From positions 31,208,150 through 31,272,149 of the forward strand of contig NC_057720.1 in the NCBI RefSeq assembly GCF_004010195.1: a DNA stretch of 64,000 nt, given 5' to 3'. This DNA comes from Chiloscyllium plagiosum (taxonomy: Eukaryota). A program made the translations under genes and the position numbers. Below, piece by piece: positions 26,659 to 40,366 of this stretch; within the stretch, counting starts at the first letter, position 1; each line of letters opens with the position of its first letter. The notes under the pieces are model-generated. The model did not search any database, was not told where the DNA came from, and was given only the letters and a program-made list of their open reading frames with translations.

Positions 26659-28465
26659 TCTGTAGAAAACTCCCAATAAAGTGACTGCTTCTTTCCTGTT
26701 TCTGACTTCCACCTATACTGACTCTGTAGATACTATCCCTGATTAGCAATGCCACTCCCCCACCTCTTTTACCTACTTCCCCATTACTTTTGAAACATCT
26801 AAACTCTGGAACATCCAACAACCATTTCTGCCTGGTGATAATGGCCACAACATCATAGTTCCACATACTGATTCATGGTTAAAGTTCGTCACTCTTATTC
26901 CTGATACTTTTTGTGTTAAAATAGACACACTTTAACCCATCACACTGACTGCACCTTTGCTCTATCAACTTTCTATCCTTCCTCACAGACTCTCTACATG
27001 CTGTATCTGGCTGTTCACCAGCTATTCCGTCCTCTGATCCATAGCTCCAGTTCCCACCCCACCCCCCTGCCAAATTAGTTTAAACTCTCTCGAAGAGCTC
27101 TAGCAAACCTCCCATCCAGAATATTAGTACCCCTCCAGTTCAGGTGCAACCTGCCCTTCTTGTAGAGGTACCACCTTCCCCAAGAGGTATCCCAATGACC
27201 CACATATCTGAAGCCCTGCTCATCTGCACTTGCTCTCTGTTCCTAGCCTCACTTGCACTTGGCACTGGTAGTAATCTTGAGATTATTACTCGACTCTTCC
27301 TGCCTTCTAGCTTTCAAGATAATGCCTTATATTCACTTTTCAGGTCCTCATTCCTTTCCCTACCTATGTCATTGGTACTGATGTGTACCACCACAAGGTC
27401 TACCCCTTAAAATCCTGTAGATTTGATCCGAGACATCCCTGACAGTGGCACCATATCATCCAGGAATCTCGTTCGCGAGCACAAAATGTCCTGTCTGTCC
27501 CTCTCACCAATGAATCTCCTATCACTATCGTTCTCTATTCTTCCCGTTCCCTCGTGAGCCACAGATCCAGGTTCAGTGCCAGAAACCTGACCGTTGAAGC
27601 TTTCCCCTGGTAGGTCATTCCCCACCCCACCCCCAACAGTATCCAAAATGGTATACTTATTATTGAGGGGAACAGAGACAGAGGCTCCCTGCACTGTCTG
27701 CCTATTCCGTTTTCCTCTCCTGACAGTCACCCAGCTACCTGTATCCTGTAACTTAGGTGTGACTACCTCCCTATAACTCCTCTTTATCACCCCCTCAGCC
27801 TCCCACTATCAAGCAGTTCCTGAGGTTATCCTAGAGGAAATCGGATGGACAGCTCCAATGCTGTATATTCACCTCGCTTTCCTCCTCACTTACGGTGCAT
27901 TTCATCAACTACTCACTGTCAATAATTGCAGGACACTGTCCATTCCTGTCTACCGCACTTTCCCAGCTCTGCAGCTTCTATTAACCTATTGAAAAATCTT
28001 TCAAGAAAACAGCTCAATACTCCAGAAATAAAGATTTAAAAAACCCAAAGCAGTTTCAGCAGTATAATAAAAGGTTACATTGAATAGCTTTCAATTTTTG
28101 TAAAATGAGTTTTAAAAAATATGAATTTTGAATACAATTAAAAATTTTGAAGGCAATTAAGTATATTAATGGTTTTTTTTTTAACTGCATTTGACTGTTC
28201 ATACAACAGCAAAAATCAAGAGGATTGAGCTAGTTATTCAGTGTCATGCATTTAGGCAGTTTCTCATTTCAAACAAAAAGCAGAGAAAAACATTAAGAGT
28301 TTCTGCATTTCATTTCTTAATTGGTGTAATGGGACTAAAATACTGACTGACCAGGAATTAACATGCGTGAAGGCATTCTCACCCATGAACTACTGAGAGC
28401 CCGTAAGTCACTTTTCACCAGGTGGCCTGACGTATTTCATTCCAATCAGGCACTTAACTGGATTA

Positions 28466-28850
28466 TGTCAGTCTTCCTAGTCAATTCAGCCCCAGTAGAG
28501 CTGAAATCCTTATCAGAGCCCGGATGCCCCTTGAGAAGGGGCATGCGGTATCTACCAATACCCTCGAGGTTTTCAGAGAGAGGTGGGCACCGCAGGGAGT
28601 GGAATGTTTTATTTCCCCCTCCAAGTCTATTTTGATTTAATCCCTGCGCCCCCCCCCCCCCCCTTCACTTTTTTGATCACGCAGCATTGCCCTGTGATGT
28701 GAAGGACACTGCTTGTCACTGGCCCTCTCGGGTGTTTCCTTTCTTCCTGGTGGTGGAAACTGAATAAAGATTCATGCACCGGTTGTCTTTCCCTGTGTCT
28801 CACACCTGCACACACACAACATGGGGGCTGGGGAAATTTTTTTTTTAACC
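28466..28850 (+). repeat. Unclassified LTR- or UTR-like element
   Basis: GC-richer, CpG-containing block starting with TG, with a hairpin at 28520-28548, a C15 run, AATAAA at about 28763 and a CA-rich end. Confidence 0.3.
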
Positions 28851-29419
28851 AGGAGATTGGAAACCCCTCAGGTCAAGTGACTGACTCCAGCCAGTGTACT
28901 GTGCACAAGTAAATGAAGGGGATATCAGTCAAAAACATAATAGAGCTGAAATTCTGTCTATGAGATCTGCTGTTCAATCAGAGGCTGACTGCTCCCCAAC
29001 AAGAATGGTGAACACTGCATTTATCACATGGGAATCTAGCACAATGCTCTCCAATGGATCCCCACACTGTGTGTGTGGGTTGCCAAGAGTGAAATCATGA
29101 GTGAGGATGGAAAACTCAGTAACAAGGACAAGACCTGGGTTGTCTGAGTGTCTGTGAATGTGCTTACCATCCCCTTTCATTCCCCAATCACCACCAGAAA
29201 GCCAGAATATGACAGGGGTCACTCTGCATACCTAGTTCCTTACCTGCAGCCAGTCGAATACTAGCAGAAGCCAGATGAGGCCTTTAAGTGGTTGTTAAGG
29301 GATTGCTTAAGGACCCCAGTTGACCTTTTCACTTTGAATTTGAGCAGATTTGATCATATAGCCCTTCCAACCACTGAACCTGCCCATGGGAGATAAATAC
29401 ATTTTGTCTTCTATGTGGA

Positions 29420-29655
29420 TATATAACCTTTTCCCTCCATTTTAAATTATGAATAAAGGGACACTTCCAAGAGGCTGACTCATCAAGCATATTCAAGGTT
29501 GACCTAGACAGATTTTTAATCAGTAACAGATTCAAGAGTCATGGGGATAAGGCAAGAAAGTGGAGCTGCAGATTATCAGAGCATCCATGATCTCATTAAA
29601 TGATGGAGCAGCATTGATGGGCTGAGTGGCCCACTTCATGACATATGGCATATGG
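29420..29655 (-). mobile_element. Old CR1 3' end (sequence as written matches the CR1 sense 3' UTR; strand uncertain)
   Basis: attcaaggttgacctagacagatttttaatc...catgatctcattaaatgatggagcag resembles 51180-51290. Confidence 0.5.
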
Positions 29656-29786
29656 TCTAAAGAGATATGAAGGCTACTATTGCATTTCTTGCATGTAGGT
29701 GATAAATTCCTGATAATATTTGATGCGTCAATGACAAGTGACCATTGGGAATGATGTGTATTTGTAATGCTTGAATGACCTTGGTC

Positions 29787-29911
29787 TGAGACAAAAAAAC
29801 TGCAGATGCTGGATTCCAAAATAGACAGGCAGGAGGCTGGAAGAACACAGCAAGCCAGGCAGCATCAGGAGGTGGAGAAGTTGGCGTTTCGGGTGTAACC
29901 CTTCTTCAGGA
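29787..29911 (-). mobile_element. PLE mini-insertion with tail (lineage A-related) and hammerhead core
   Basis: The reverse complement reads cCTGAAGAagggttacacccGAAAcgCC (cleavage triplet mutated) ... tail ccagcatctgcagtttttttgtctc. 7-bp TSD cttggtc at 29780-29786 and 29912-29918. Confidence 0.8.
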
Positions 29912-30469
29912 CTTGGTCCAACTTTGAATAATTGTGAATGGTTGACTTAATGCCACAGCCACTGTCTTTTTGATAAGGATCATCTCATTTCCTTTCCTTC
30001 CCTTTCTTCCATCTGTGTCAAAAAGCCAACTCCATTCACCAAATTACAGATAGTCTAATCAGCAGGCGTGAATTTAAATGTGTGACCTTGATGCCCTCAG
30101 ATATTACAGTGTAACACGACTCTAGATACAGAACTACATGATGGATGCAGAAGCACAGCTTGGCCCTTTCAATTGTTGCAGATCCACAAAACCTTCCTCC
30201 TTTCTCAAGACAGACTTCCTTTCCAGAGTGCTGATAACACCAGCTATCTTCCACAAGCACCTTACAAAAGGGGCAATGAAGTACATTTGGCTTAATTTCA
30301 GCACAGTTTGACAGAAAGGCTGAAACCTGCACATTTAAAAATTCTCCGTTAAGAGCAACCTTTAATAATTTTGGGTAAATCCATTCCTGAGGAAGATTTG
30401 TGTGAGGGCCACTAGCAGCAACTGCAGTGATACCAGGGATTCTGGTTGTATAATATAGATATGAAAATT

Positions 30470-31300
30470 GATTCAGAGTTATACAGCACAGAAACAGACT
30501 CATCAGTCCTACTCATCCGTGCTGGCCAGATATTCTAAACTGATCTAGTTCCATTTGCCAGCATGTGGTCCACATCCTTCTAAAACCTTCCCATTTATGA
30601 CTCTATGACTCTATTCACGGACACATCCAGATGTCTTTTAAGTGTTGTAATTGTACCAGCCGCCACCACTTCCTCTGGCAGCTCGTTCAAGACACACACC
30701 ACCCTCTGTGTGAAAAATTTGCCTCTTAGGTCTTTTTAAAATCTTACCCCTCTCACCATAAACTTATGCCATCTAATTTTAGACTGTCCTACCCTGGGAA
30801 AAAGACGTTGGCTATTCATTCTATCCATGCCCCTCATGATTTTATTAACCTCTTTCAGGTCAACCCTCAGCTTCCAATACTCCGGGTAGAAAACCCCGAG
30901 CCTACTCAGCCTCTCCCAATACCTCAAACGCTCCAACCCAAGCAACATCCTTGTAAATCTTTTCTGAACCATTTCAAATTTAATAACATCTTTCCTATAA
31001 CAGTGAGCCCAGAACTGAACACAGTATTCCAAAAGTGGCTTCATCAATATCCTTTCAAGCCATAACATGACATCCCAGCTCCTTTACTCAATGCAGTGAC
31101 CAATAAAGGTAAGTATGCAAACGTTTTCTTCACTACCCTGTCTACTACGACTCTACCTTCAAGGAACAATGATCTGCACTCCTAGGTCTCTTTGTTCAGC
31201 GACACTCCCCAGCGTCCTACCATTAATTGTACAAGTCCTGCCCTGATTTGCCTCACCAAAATGCAACACCACACACTTATCTAAATTAAACTCCATCTGC
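30470..31300 (-). mobile_element. CR1/HER1 3' fragment
   Basis: PLLEYCVQFWAHCYRKDVIKFEMVQKRFTRML...LRVDLKEVNKIMRG. Confidence 0.93.
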
Positions 31301-32202
31301 TGAAGTAAAAATTAATGCCAATTCATAGCTTTCACAAAACTTTTCTTCACTTGAATCTCTAAATATTATTATTTAATCAATCTTATATCTCAAAAAGCAC
31401 CTCGGTTTCTGTGTAATCTATCACAACATCTTACTTCAATTTTATGTGTTTTTGATTAATTCTGTGCTCACTGCAGCCAAGAAATTGCCAGTGAAGAATA
31501 AAACATTTTACAATTGTTTATTCCTTGTATCACTATCAAACATGACAATCAAGCATGAACTATATATGTAAGGCAGAGTAAAGTCCGCGCAAATGGTTTG
31601 GAGACAGAGTATGTTCAAACCATTTTCTTAATCTTGGTCATCTCAAAGAAATTTTAATTCCTCTTCCAACCCTAACTATCCTTCTTGTCCCTCTCATGTT
31701 CAGTCAATTTATGTTAAACATCAATCTATTTGGAGATGTTATGACACCCCTCAGCAGTAGATGGGACTTGAACCCAGAGGTATCCACTGCATCGGACCAG
31801 CCCTTTGTAGAGAGCATTCCAACATATTAAATATCACAAAGTCAGCCCTACAACCAATCTGCTTCATTGACAAACTCTAATCTCCAATTGATTTGATTAA
31901 TTGATATGAACCACCGCCCTCTAAAAAATTTGATACATTGAACATTTAATTTCTCTGAGCAGTGCAATGTGTAACCCTAGCAGTTCCATTTGTTTCATAG
32001 CAGCAATCTAAGACTTGCATTACTTTGCAGAAAGTCAAAGTAGGCATTCAATGTTGGGGGCAAATTATATTTAATGTGACGGAGGTGCTGGCTGGAAATG
32101 CTACCAGCCTCCTGTAGATAATACATTTCGGTGCTATTGAGCATCTGCTGTGCAGGGAACAGGTGTTTGGGGATTTTACATCAATCAAGCAGGCTGCTTT
32201 GT

Positions 32203-32526
32203 TAGAACAAAGAAAATTTACAGCCCAGGAATAGGCCCTTCAGCCCTCCAAGCCTGAGCCGATCCAAATGTACTGTCTAAACCTGTGGGTCAATTCCTAA
32301 GCATCTGTATCCCTCTGCTCCCCACCTACTCATGCATCTGTCCAGATGCACCTTAAATGAATCTACCGTGCCTGCCTCTACCTCCTCTGCTGGCAACACG
32401 TTCCAAATGCCCACCACCCTCTGTGTGAAGTACTTGCCACGTGTATCCCCCTTAAACTTTCCACCTCTCAGCTTGAAAGCATGATCTCTCGTTATTGAAT
32501 CCATCACCATAGGAAAAAGCTTATCT
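32203..32526 (-). mobile_element. CR1 3' fragment inserted into second LINE lineage
   Basis: TRDHAFKLRGGKFKGDTRGKYFTQRVVGIWNVLP. The host LINE continues on both sides (gctgctttgtt | ctggatggtg). Confidence 0.9.
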
Positions 32527-32786
32527 CTGGATGGTGTCACCATTCCTGAGTAATGTTGGAACTGCACCCATCCTGGAAAGTGGGGAGTATTCTTGTAGTC
32601 CTGACCAGTGCCTTGTAGATGGCTTTGGGGAGTCAAGAGGTGAGTTACTCAGCACAGTATTCCTACCTCTGACCTGCTCTTGTAGCCATTGTGTGTATGT
32701 GGTGAGTCCAGTTGAGTTTCTGGTCAATGGTTACCCCAGAGTGTTGATAGTGGAATATTCAGTGATGGCAGCACCTTTGAATGTCA
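32527..32786 (-). mobile_element. Second CR1/L2-group LINE fragment (left remnant at about 32180-32202)
   Basis: Matches 44490-44760 and 61310-61580. Confidence 0.8.
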
Positions 32787-33729
32787 ATGGCTCTGTACCT
32801 CAACCCTAACTGAGATCTCAAGTAAAAGCAAAATATTGCAGATGTTGGAAACACAAAATAAAAACAGAAAATAATGGAGAAGCTCAGCTAGGTCTAGCAG
32901 CATCTCTAGAGAGAGAAACAGAATAATTGGGTGGAATCTTATGGCAGTCTCAGCAAGGTGGGCTATGATGAGACTTTGGGAAGAATCAGTTGAGAATCTA
33001 GCAGGGCCCATGTCGATGTTGGGAGCATTTCACTGCATCTTTTATATTTTTGCTCACTAAGGAGAAGAGTTTTTTTCTAGGCAGTGGTGAGTTACCAATT
33101 AAAAGGAATTATTGCTTGTTAAATGCCCTATTAACAGCCAAACATGCCTCAATAATATTCAGCTTTCTATCTTACCAAACATTCCAAAACAAGCTGGATG
33201 GTGAGAATTCTCAACATGGAAGTCAGAGCATGTACCTGCTGACTTAGTTCTCGACTTGCTCCAAAGGACCTCCGTGTTGAATGTCATGCATCAAAAATGC
33301 AGGGCAGTCTCCATATACAACCCGTGTCCGTGGACATTGACATCTGACATGTGCCATCATCTAAAAACATTCATGGCACATTTCTGATCCACTTATAGAA
33401 TGCTTCTGCACTTTGGTCCTCCAACTTCTAGATTGGATCAGGCTGCATCTCCAGTCTGTTTATTTGCTGTTATACTGTTCACTCACTCAGAGCCCAGCTG
33501 GATGCTCATAGCCTTGTCTTGCTTTTTTGTGCCTAGCCCCTCAACCAGAGATACCAAACTAGAAAGAATGCTATATTGCAATGTTGTTGAGTTCAGACAC
33601 AGAGTCAGGAAGCTTGTCATGATTGTCAGCAATCTTCAGTCAAGTCATGGCTAATAGCATTTATTCGGGGAGTCCCAGCTCAGTCAATCAAGGGCAGTCT
33701 CCAATACCAGTCCAGAGCTTGGACAGAAT

Positions 33730-34343
33730 AAGTCAGCCACTCAGAATTGATCTGAGACAGGACTTTCTGTGTTTAAGAAATGAAGAACCAAATGTCCATG
33801 AGTCCAACACCCATCTTGGTTCTTTCAGATCTACTTTGGGCTGCTTTCCTCCTCGATTGAGAGAAAGACTGATATTACAGGATATGAAAGTGGGTAGCAC
33901 AGCTGTTACTGTTGGTGTAAGTGGGGAGGTGTCCTGAGTGAGTGAGTAGGCAGCACAAAGAGTGTGCAGGGCTAATGGTATTAGGATTTGGGTGGTTGAG
34001 AGCATGTAGAGTTGATTTAGTAGCCAATAGACAGAGTGTGGTAGAGCATGAGCCTTGGTGAGAGGTGGATATAGTGTGAGGTTTCAAGAGATGATAGTGA
34101 CATTTACACTGGTAGAGTGGAGAAGGACAGAAACCTTCTTCCTACATTTCTGTGCCTTCCCCTAGATGGCTGAGACTGTATTGAGCTGGGTGGCAACTTG
34201 GGACCAAGCTGGCATGGTCTGGTGTCAAGGCCTCCAATGCACATCCTTGGGAAGAGGACCTCTTGTGTCTACATCATCCCACCCAGCATAACTTATAAGT
34301 CTCTGTTCATAAAACAGTGCAAGAATTTCCCCTTGTCTGCCAT
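33730..34343 (-). pseudogene. Fossil two-exon Myb/SANT DNA-binding gene of a Harbinger transposon
   Basis: Exon 1 (34343-34108): MADKGKFLHCFMNRDL*VML...QEVLFP/...PAWSQVATQLNTVSAI*GKAQKCRKKVSVLLHS|gtaaat. Exon 2 (from about 33852): RKAAQSRSERTKMGVGLMDI. Confidence 0.7.
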
Positions 34344-34567
34344 GTCAGGAACCATGCAGAGCAGCTCCAAAATGACAGTGTTGCCTGGGTGCACGATGGG
34401 CTTTTAAAGATTGCACAGGCACCAAGAAAAGTAGGTCTTTCAGCAGATATCCGGTGAGAGATGGGTTGCTACAGAATGACCTGTGGCTAGATTAGGATAG
34501 AATTAGACGTGAGGGTTGCCATTGAAGTGGAGAAGACACTTAATTAGGCGACTTTGTTAAGATATAA

Positions 34568-37500
34568 TAGAGTCATAGAGATGTACAGCACAGAAACAGA
34601 CCCATTGGTCCAACTTACCCACGCTGACCAGATACCTCAACCCAATCTAGTCCCACCTGTCATCACTCGGCCCATATCCCTCCAAACCCTTCCTGTTCAT
34701 ATACCCATCCAGATGCCTTTTAAATATTGCAATTCCACTAGCCTCCACCACTTCCTCTGGCAACCCACACACGCACCACCTTCTGTGTGAAAAGGTTGCC
34801 CCTTAGGTCTCTTTTATATCTTTCCTCTCTCACGCTAAACCTATGCCCTCTAGTTCTAGACTCCCCCACCCCAGGGAAAAAACCTTGTTTAGTTATCCTA
34901 TCCATGCCCCTCATAATTTTGTAAACCTCTATAATGTCACCCCTCAGCCTCTGATGCTCCAGAGAAAACACCCTAGGCCCATTCAACCTCTCCCTGTAGC
35001 TCAAATCCTCCAACCCTGGCAACATCCTTGTAAATCTTTTCTGAACCCTTTCAAGTTTCACAACATCCTTCCAATAGGAAGGAAACCAGACTTGCATCCA
35101 ATATTCCAAAAGTGGCCTAACCAATGTCCTTTACAGCCGCAATGTGACCTCCCAATTCCTGTACTCAATATTCTGACCAATAAAGGAAAGCATACCAAAC
35201 ACCTTCTTCACTATACTATCTACCTGCGACTCAACTTTTATGGAGCTATGAACCTGCACTTCATGGTCTCTTTGTTCAGCAACACTCTCTAGGACCTTAC
35301 CATTAAGACTTGCTTTCCCAAAATGCAGCACCTCACATTTATCTGAATTAAACTCCATCTGCCACTCCTCAGCCCATTGGCCCATTTGATCCAGATCCTG
35401 TTGTAATCTGAGGTAGCCTTGTTTGCTGTCCACTACACCTCCAATTTTGGTGTCATCTGCAAACTTATTAACTTAAACCTCGTCTGCTCACATCCAAATC
35501 ATTTATATAAATGACAAAAAGTAGTGGACCCAGCACTGATCCTTGTTACAAGCCTCCAGTCTGAAAAACAACCTTCCACCACCACCTTCTGTCTTCTTTC
35601 TTTGAGTCAGTTCTGTATGCAAATGGCTAGTTCTCCCTGTATTCCATGAGATTTAACCTTGCTAACCAGTCTCCCATGGAGATCCTTGTCAAATGCCTTA
35701 CTGAAATTCATATAGATCACATCTACTGCTCTGCCCTCATCAATCTACTTTGTTACTTCCTCAAAAATCTCAATCAAGTTTGTGAGACATGATTTCCCAC
35801 GCACAAAGCCATGTTGACTATCCTTAATCAGTCCTTGCCTTTCCAAATACATGTACATCCTGTCCGTCAGGATTCCCTCCAGCAACTTGCCCACCACCGA
35901 CGTTAGGCTCACTGGTCTATAGTTCCTTGGCTTGTCCTTACCACCCTTCTTAAACAGTGGCACCACGTTAGCCAACCTCCAGTCTTCCGGCACCTCACCT
36001 ATGACTATTGATGATACAAATATCTCAGCAAGAGGCCCAGCAATCACTTCTCTAGCTTCCCATAGAGTTCTAGGTATACCTGATCAGGTCCTGGGGATTT
36101 ATCCACTTTTATGCATTTCAAGATATCCAGTATTTCCTCCTCTGTAATATGGACATTTTTTAAGATGTCACCATCTTAGAACTTCAATTTTTAGATGTGA
36201 TCTATCCTTTTCCATCACTATTTTAAAACTAATAGGATTATGGTCACTAGCCCCAAAGTCCTGCCCCACTGACACCTCAGTCACCTGCTCTGCCTTATTT
36301 CCCAAGAGTAAGTCAAGTGTTGCACCTTTTCTAGTTGGTACATCCACATAATGATTCAGAAAATTTTCTTGTGCATGCTTAACAAATTCATTTCCATCTG
36401 TGCTGGTCTTCAGCTAATTCAGATCACTCCACGTAATATCAAGAAATGGTTAGAAACACTGGTTATCGCAAAGGGTCTGGATCCACAACATTCCAGCAAA
36501 GGAAGAGAAGACGTGTGCACCAGAACCTACTGCACCAAAACCAAGCTGTTCCAGTACAACTGCAATGCTGGTATCTATCTGACAATGTCGAAAATTGCCC
36601 AGGTATATCCTGTACACATAAAGCATGACAAATCCAACCCAGTCAATTACCGCCCCATCAGTCTACTCTCAAACATCAGTAAAGTGATGGAAAGTGTAAT
36701 TAACAATTCTACCAAGCAGCATCAACTCAGCAATAATTTGCTCAGTGATGCCCAGATGGGTGCTGTCGGGGCCACTCAGCTCCTGACCTCATTACAGCCT
36801 TGGTTCAAACATGGACCAAAAAGCAGAATTCCAGAGGTGAATGATTGCCCTTGATACCAGGACCACTTTTGACTGAATGTGGCATTTGAGCAAGGAGCTC
36901 TGTAGTTTAAAAGACATTTGGACAAGTACGTGAATGGGAAAGATTTGATAGGATATGGCGCAAGGAGTAGGCAGATGGGACTACTTTAGTTTGGGATTAT
37001 TTTCTGCATAGACTAGTCGGACCGAATGGTCTGTTTCCATGCTGTATGACTCTAATAACTCTAATAAACTCTAACACTATGACAGTCCCAGTCTATGTTT
37101 GGCAAGTTAAAATCTCCAACAATAACCACCCTATTATTCTTACAAGTCTCCTTACAAGTTGGTTTCTCAATTTCCCGCTGACTATTAGGGGGCTATAATA
37201 CAATCCCAATAAGATAATCATCCATTTCTTATTTCTCAGTTCCATCCAAATAACTTCCTTAGATGTATTTCCAGGAATATCCTCCCTCAGTACAGCTGTA
37301 ATGCTATCCCTAATCAAAAACGCCATTCTCCCTTCTGTCTTGCCTCCCTTTCTGTCCTTCCTGTAGCATTTGTATCCTGGAACATTAAGCTGCCAGTTCT
37401 GTCCATCTCTGAGCCATGCTTCTGTTATTGCTATGATATCCCAGTCCCATGTTCCTAACCATGCCCTGAGCTCATCTGCCTTCCCTTTTAGGCCTCTTGC

Positions 37501-39179
37501 ATTGAAATAAATGCAATTTAATTTATCAGTCCTACCTTGTTCTCTGCTTTGTCCCTGCCTGCCCTGACTGTTTGACTCACTTGTTTTCTCAACTGGACCA
37601 GTCTCAGATTGATCTCTTTCCTCACTATCTCCCTGCCCCACCACCACCCCCGTCTCCCACCTTACTAGTTTAAATCCTCCCAAGCAGCTCTAGGAAATTT
37701 CCCTGCCAGTACATTAGTCTCCTTCCAATTCAGGTGCAATCCGTCCTTCTTGTACGGGTCACTTCTACTCCAGAAGAGATTCCAATGATCCAAAAATGTG
37801 AATTCTTCTCCCATACACTAGCTCCTCAGCCATGCATTCATCTACTCTATCCTCCTATTCCTACCCTCACTAGCACTGGGAGTAATCTAGATATTACTAC
37901 TCTCGAGGACCTCTTTTTAAAATTCCCATCCAACTCGCTATATTCTCCCTTCAGAATCTCATCCTTTTCCCTTCCTATATAATTGGTTCCAATGTGTACA
38001 ATGACCTCCTGCTGGTCCCTCTCCCCCTTGAGAACATTCTACACTCTGTCTGAGACATCCTTGATCCTGGCACCAGGGAGACAACACACCATTCTGATAT
38101 TTCACTGCTGGCCACAGAAATGCCTATCTGTGCCTCAGATTAGCGAGTCTCCTGACACAATCAATCTCTTGGAACTCGAGGTACCCTTCATTGCATTAGA
38201 GTCAGTCTCAATACCAGAAACTTGGCTGTTCATGTTACATTCCCCTGAGAATCCATCACCCTCTTCATTTTCCGAATTCAGCATACTTGTTTGAAATGGG
38301 GATAGCCATGGAACACTCCTGCACTAACTGCCTACATCTCTTAGCTTTCCTGGAGTTAACCCATCTATGTGACTGTATCTGCAACTTTTCTTCCTTCCTA
38401 TAACTGCTATCCAACACACCCCCATTGCTCTTGTAAATTCCTCATTGCCTCTAACTGTCACTCCAACCGATACATTCAATCTGATAGGATTCGCAACCAA
38501 TGATATTTTTTGCAGGTATTATCCTCTGCAACACGTAAACTCTCCCTAAACTCCCACATTCGACAAGAAGAGCATATCAGTCTACCAGCTGCAGACCCAG
38601 AAAATAGCACCATCGTATTCCTCTACAAAACACTGTTTGAGGCTAACTTAATACTTGTGTGTTATATTTTTAAGTTTAATAAAGAGACATAACTCAATAA
38701 AACATACAACCAAGAAAGAACCCACTCTACTCACTACTGCAGACTTACAGCAAGACCACACTTAAAGCTATTTATTTATTTCTGTGCTGTGACCTCTCCA
38801 GATAGGTTCCTCCAAGATCAGTTGTGAATTTCACTGTTTGTTAATTTTCCCAGATGCATCCCAATGTCCGGCGATACATGAATTCAACAGCAAAGGCAGT
38901 AACTGTGCAGGTTCACTGCTCTGTCAGTTAGCGGTATGGTTTCTTTCTCTCTCCTGCACAGACCATGTGCTTTCTTTATCTGTTCCTCTCCTTTTTAAAA
39001 GTGCTGTTGTTTTGATTTTGTTTTGGATCTTTAGACAAATAATGAACAGCATATAAAACAGTAATTGCTGCTACTGGAGTTGGAGGAAATCACCTCCAAA
39101 ATCTAAAATAGCTCAAAAAAGGAGCAGCTTGTTCCAGCCAGAAATTTTACCCATCCTCCATCTTGGATTACCCAGAATC
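34568..39179 (-). mobile_element. Near full-length CR1/HER1 LINE (5' UTR, ORF1, disrupted ORF2) with an internal deletion and an insertion
   Basis: Endonuclease KLNCIYFNARGLKGKADELRAWL..WDWDIIAITEAW; RT VPEDWRLANVVPLFKKG..NYRPVSLTSVVGKLLE..QHGFVRGKSCLTNL; WQMEFNSDKCEVLHFG; RPLLEYWMQVW. Probable 5' end gattctgggtaatccaagatggagg. Confidence 0.95.
36399..37064 (+). mobile_element. Composite insert: internal RT fragment of second LINE lineage joined to a CR1 3' end
   Basis: 36399-36900 encodes KIAQVYPVHIKHDKSNPVNYRPISLLSNISKVMES. 36905-37064 is a CR1 3' UTR with tail tatgactctaataactct. The host CR1 resumes after the insert. Confidence 0.8.
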
Positions 39180-40366
39180 TGCTCGGCTTTGCAGCAAAAG
39201 AAAATCCAAAGAACTCGACAGAACTCACAATTTGCCAAAAAAAAATGTAAGATACAACTCAACATTTGAGTGCAAAGATTTCAGAGTTCTAAAGAAGGGT
39301 TGTTGGACTGAAAACCTCAGTTGAGACCCTTTTGTTGGCAATGAATGTCCACTGAAGGAACTCATTTAACCTCTCCTGGTTTTCAAGCACAGGTGGGTGG
39401 CACAGTCACCATGCAGAAACCCCTTTGATCTCCCCAGAGGGCTCCCCGATTCAAAGGCATTCAGTACCTGATTAAAAGACACAATAATTCTCTGTGAGCC
39501 CTAGTTATCCCTCCTCCTCAAACCAACCTATGATCCCCAACTTGCCCTCCCTCAGATGTGACCCGTGACCCTCTCTGATCCTGGGTTTCTGCTGGATGCG
39601 TTGCTCACAGCTACCACCATCCCCCTGGTGACACTGATGGAGATAAGGAGCTTCCAGCGTCTGACTGCCCAACAGCCCTGCCAGCCACCAATTGCCAGAC
39701 TGGCATGTGATGTGGTAGGCCTTCGCAAACTTAGGAATGTAAAACAGACCTACATCACTTGGATTTTATTCCATTCTAGATTCCTTTAACTGTGAGTCAT
39801 GGCTCTGCAATATTGCCTGGGAATCAAATACATTCTTATGCTCAAAAGTAAGATTACCTTTATCATCAGTGAGTTTTGATGGAAAATAAAATGATGACAG
39901 CAGAGGAAAGGTATCTGTAAATAACGTCTAGAAGCTCAAGCCAAACCCAACCATGGCACTGACAGTAGAAATCTAAGAAGTGATAATCCGCTTATGGCAC
40001 GCAAAATCTTCATTTTAGAGCACAAGCTGTTAGCTATCATGTGTTGTCAGAGCTAAAGAGAGTATAATTAGTAGAATTCCCAGAGGCATCTAGAAACTGC
40101 TGTGCCATGTCTCAAAAGCGATGGTTGGTTTAGGGGGGAAATGACCAAAAGACTTCCCACTGCCCTTTACCAATATGAATTCAAGTCAAATTTTAGATGA
40201 GATATAAATCCAGCATGTACTAAAATAGTGGCCCAAACAGCTAATTGACCTGATTTCCACTCTCTCACTCCTCTGGAATAGCTAAGAGGTCCCCAATTAC
40301 TTCAATCACTACTGAGCTAATACCAACAGAAACATGAAAATAGATGCAAGTGTAAAATAATCCACC

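Larger units (their letters stand above)
23780..27805 (-). mobile_element. Long CR1/HER1 LINE: partial ORF1 plus disrupted ORF2 (APE endonuclease and RT), interrupted by a SINE
   Basis: ORF1 GSWVTVRRGK..VPLNNKYTILDTVGG; endonuclease start LKCVYFNTKSIRNKSDEL; VGDHFGDSDHNS; C-terminal RYFTQRVVGPWNAL; 3' tail (ctatgtt)n at about 23780. Confidence 0.95.

Noticed and set aside
30036..30503. 155-aa Cys-rich minus-strand ORF
   Set aside because: It starts inside a CR1 tail, has no recognisable domain and no convincing donor site.
32180..32786. Apparent CR1/second-LINE chimera
   Set aside because: The second LINE continues on both sides of the CR1, so this is a simple nested insertion.
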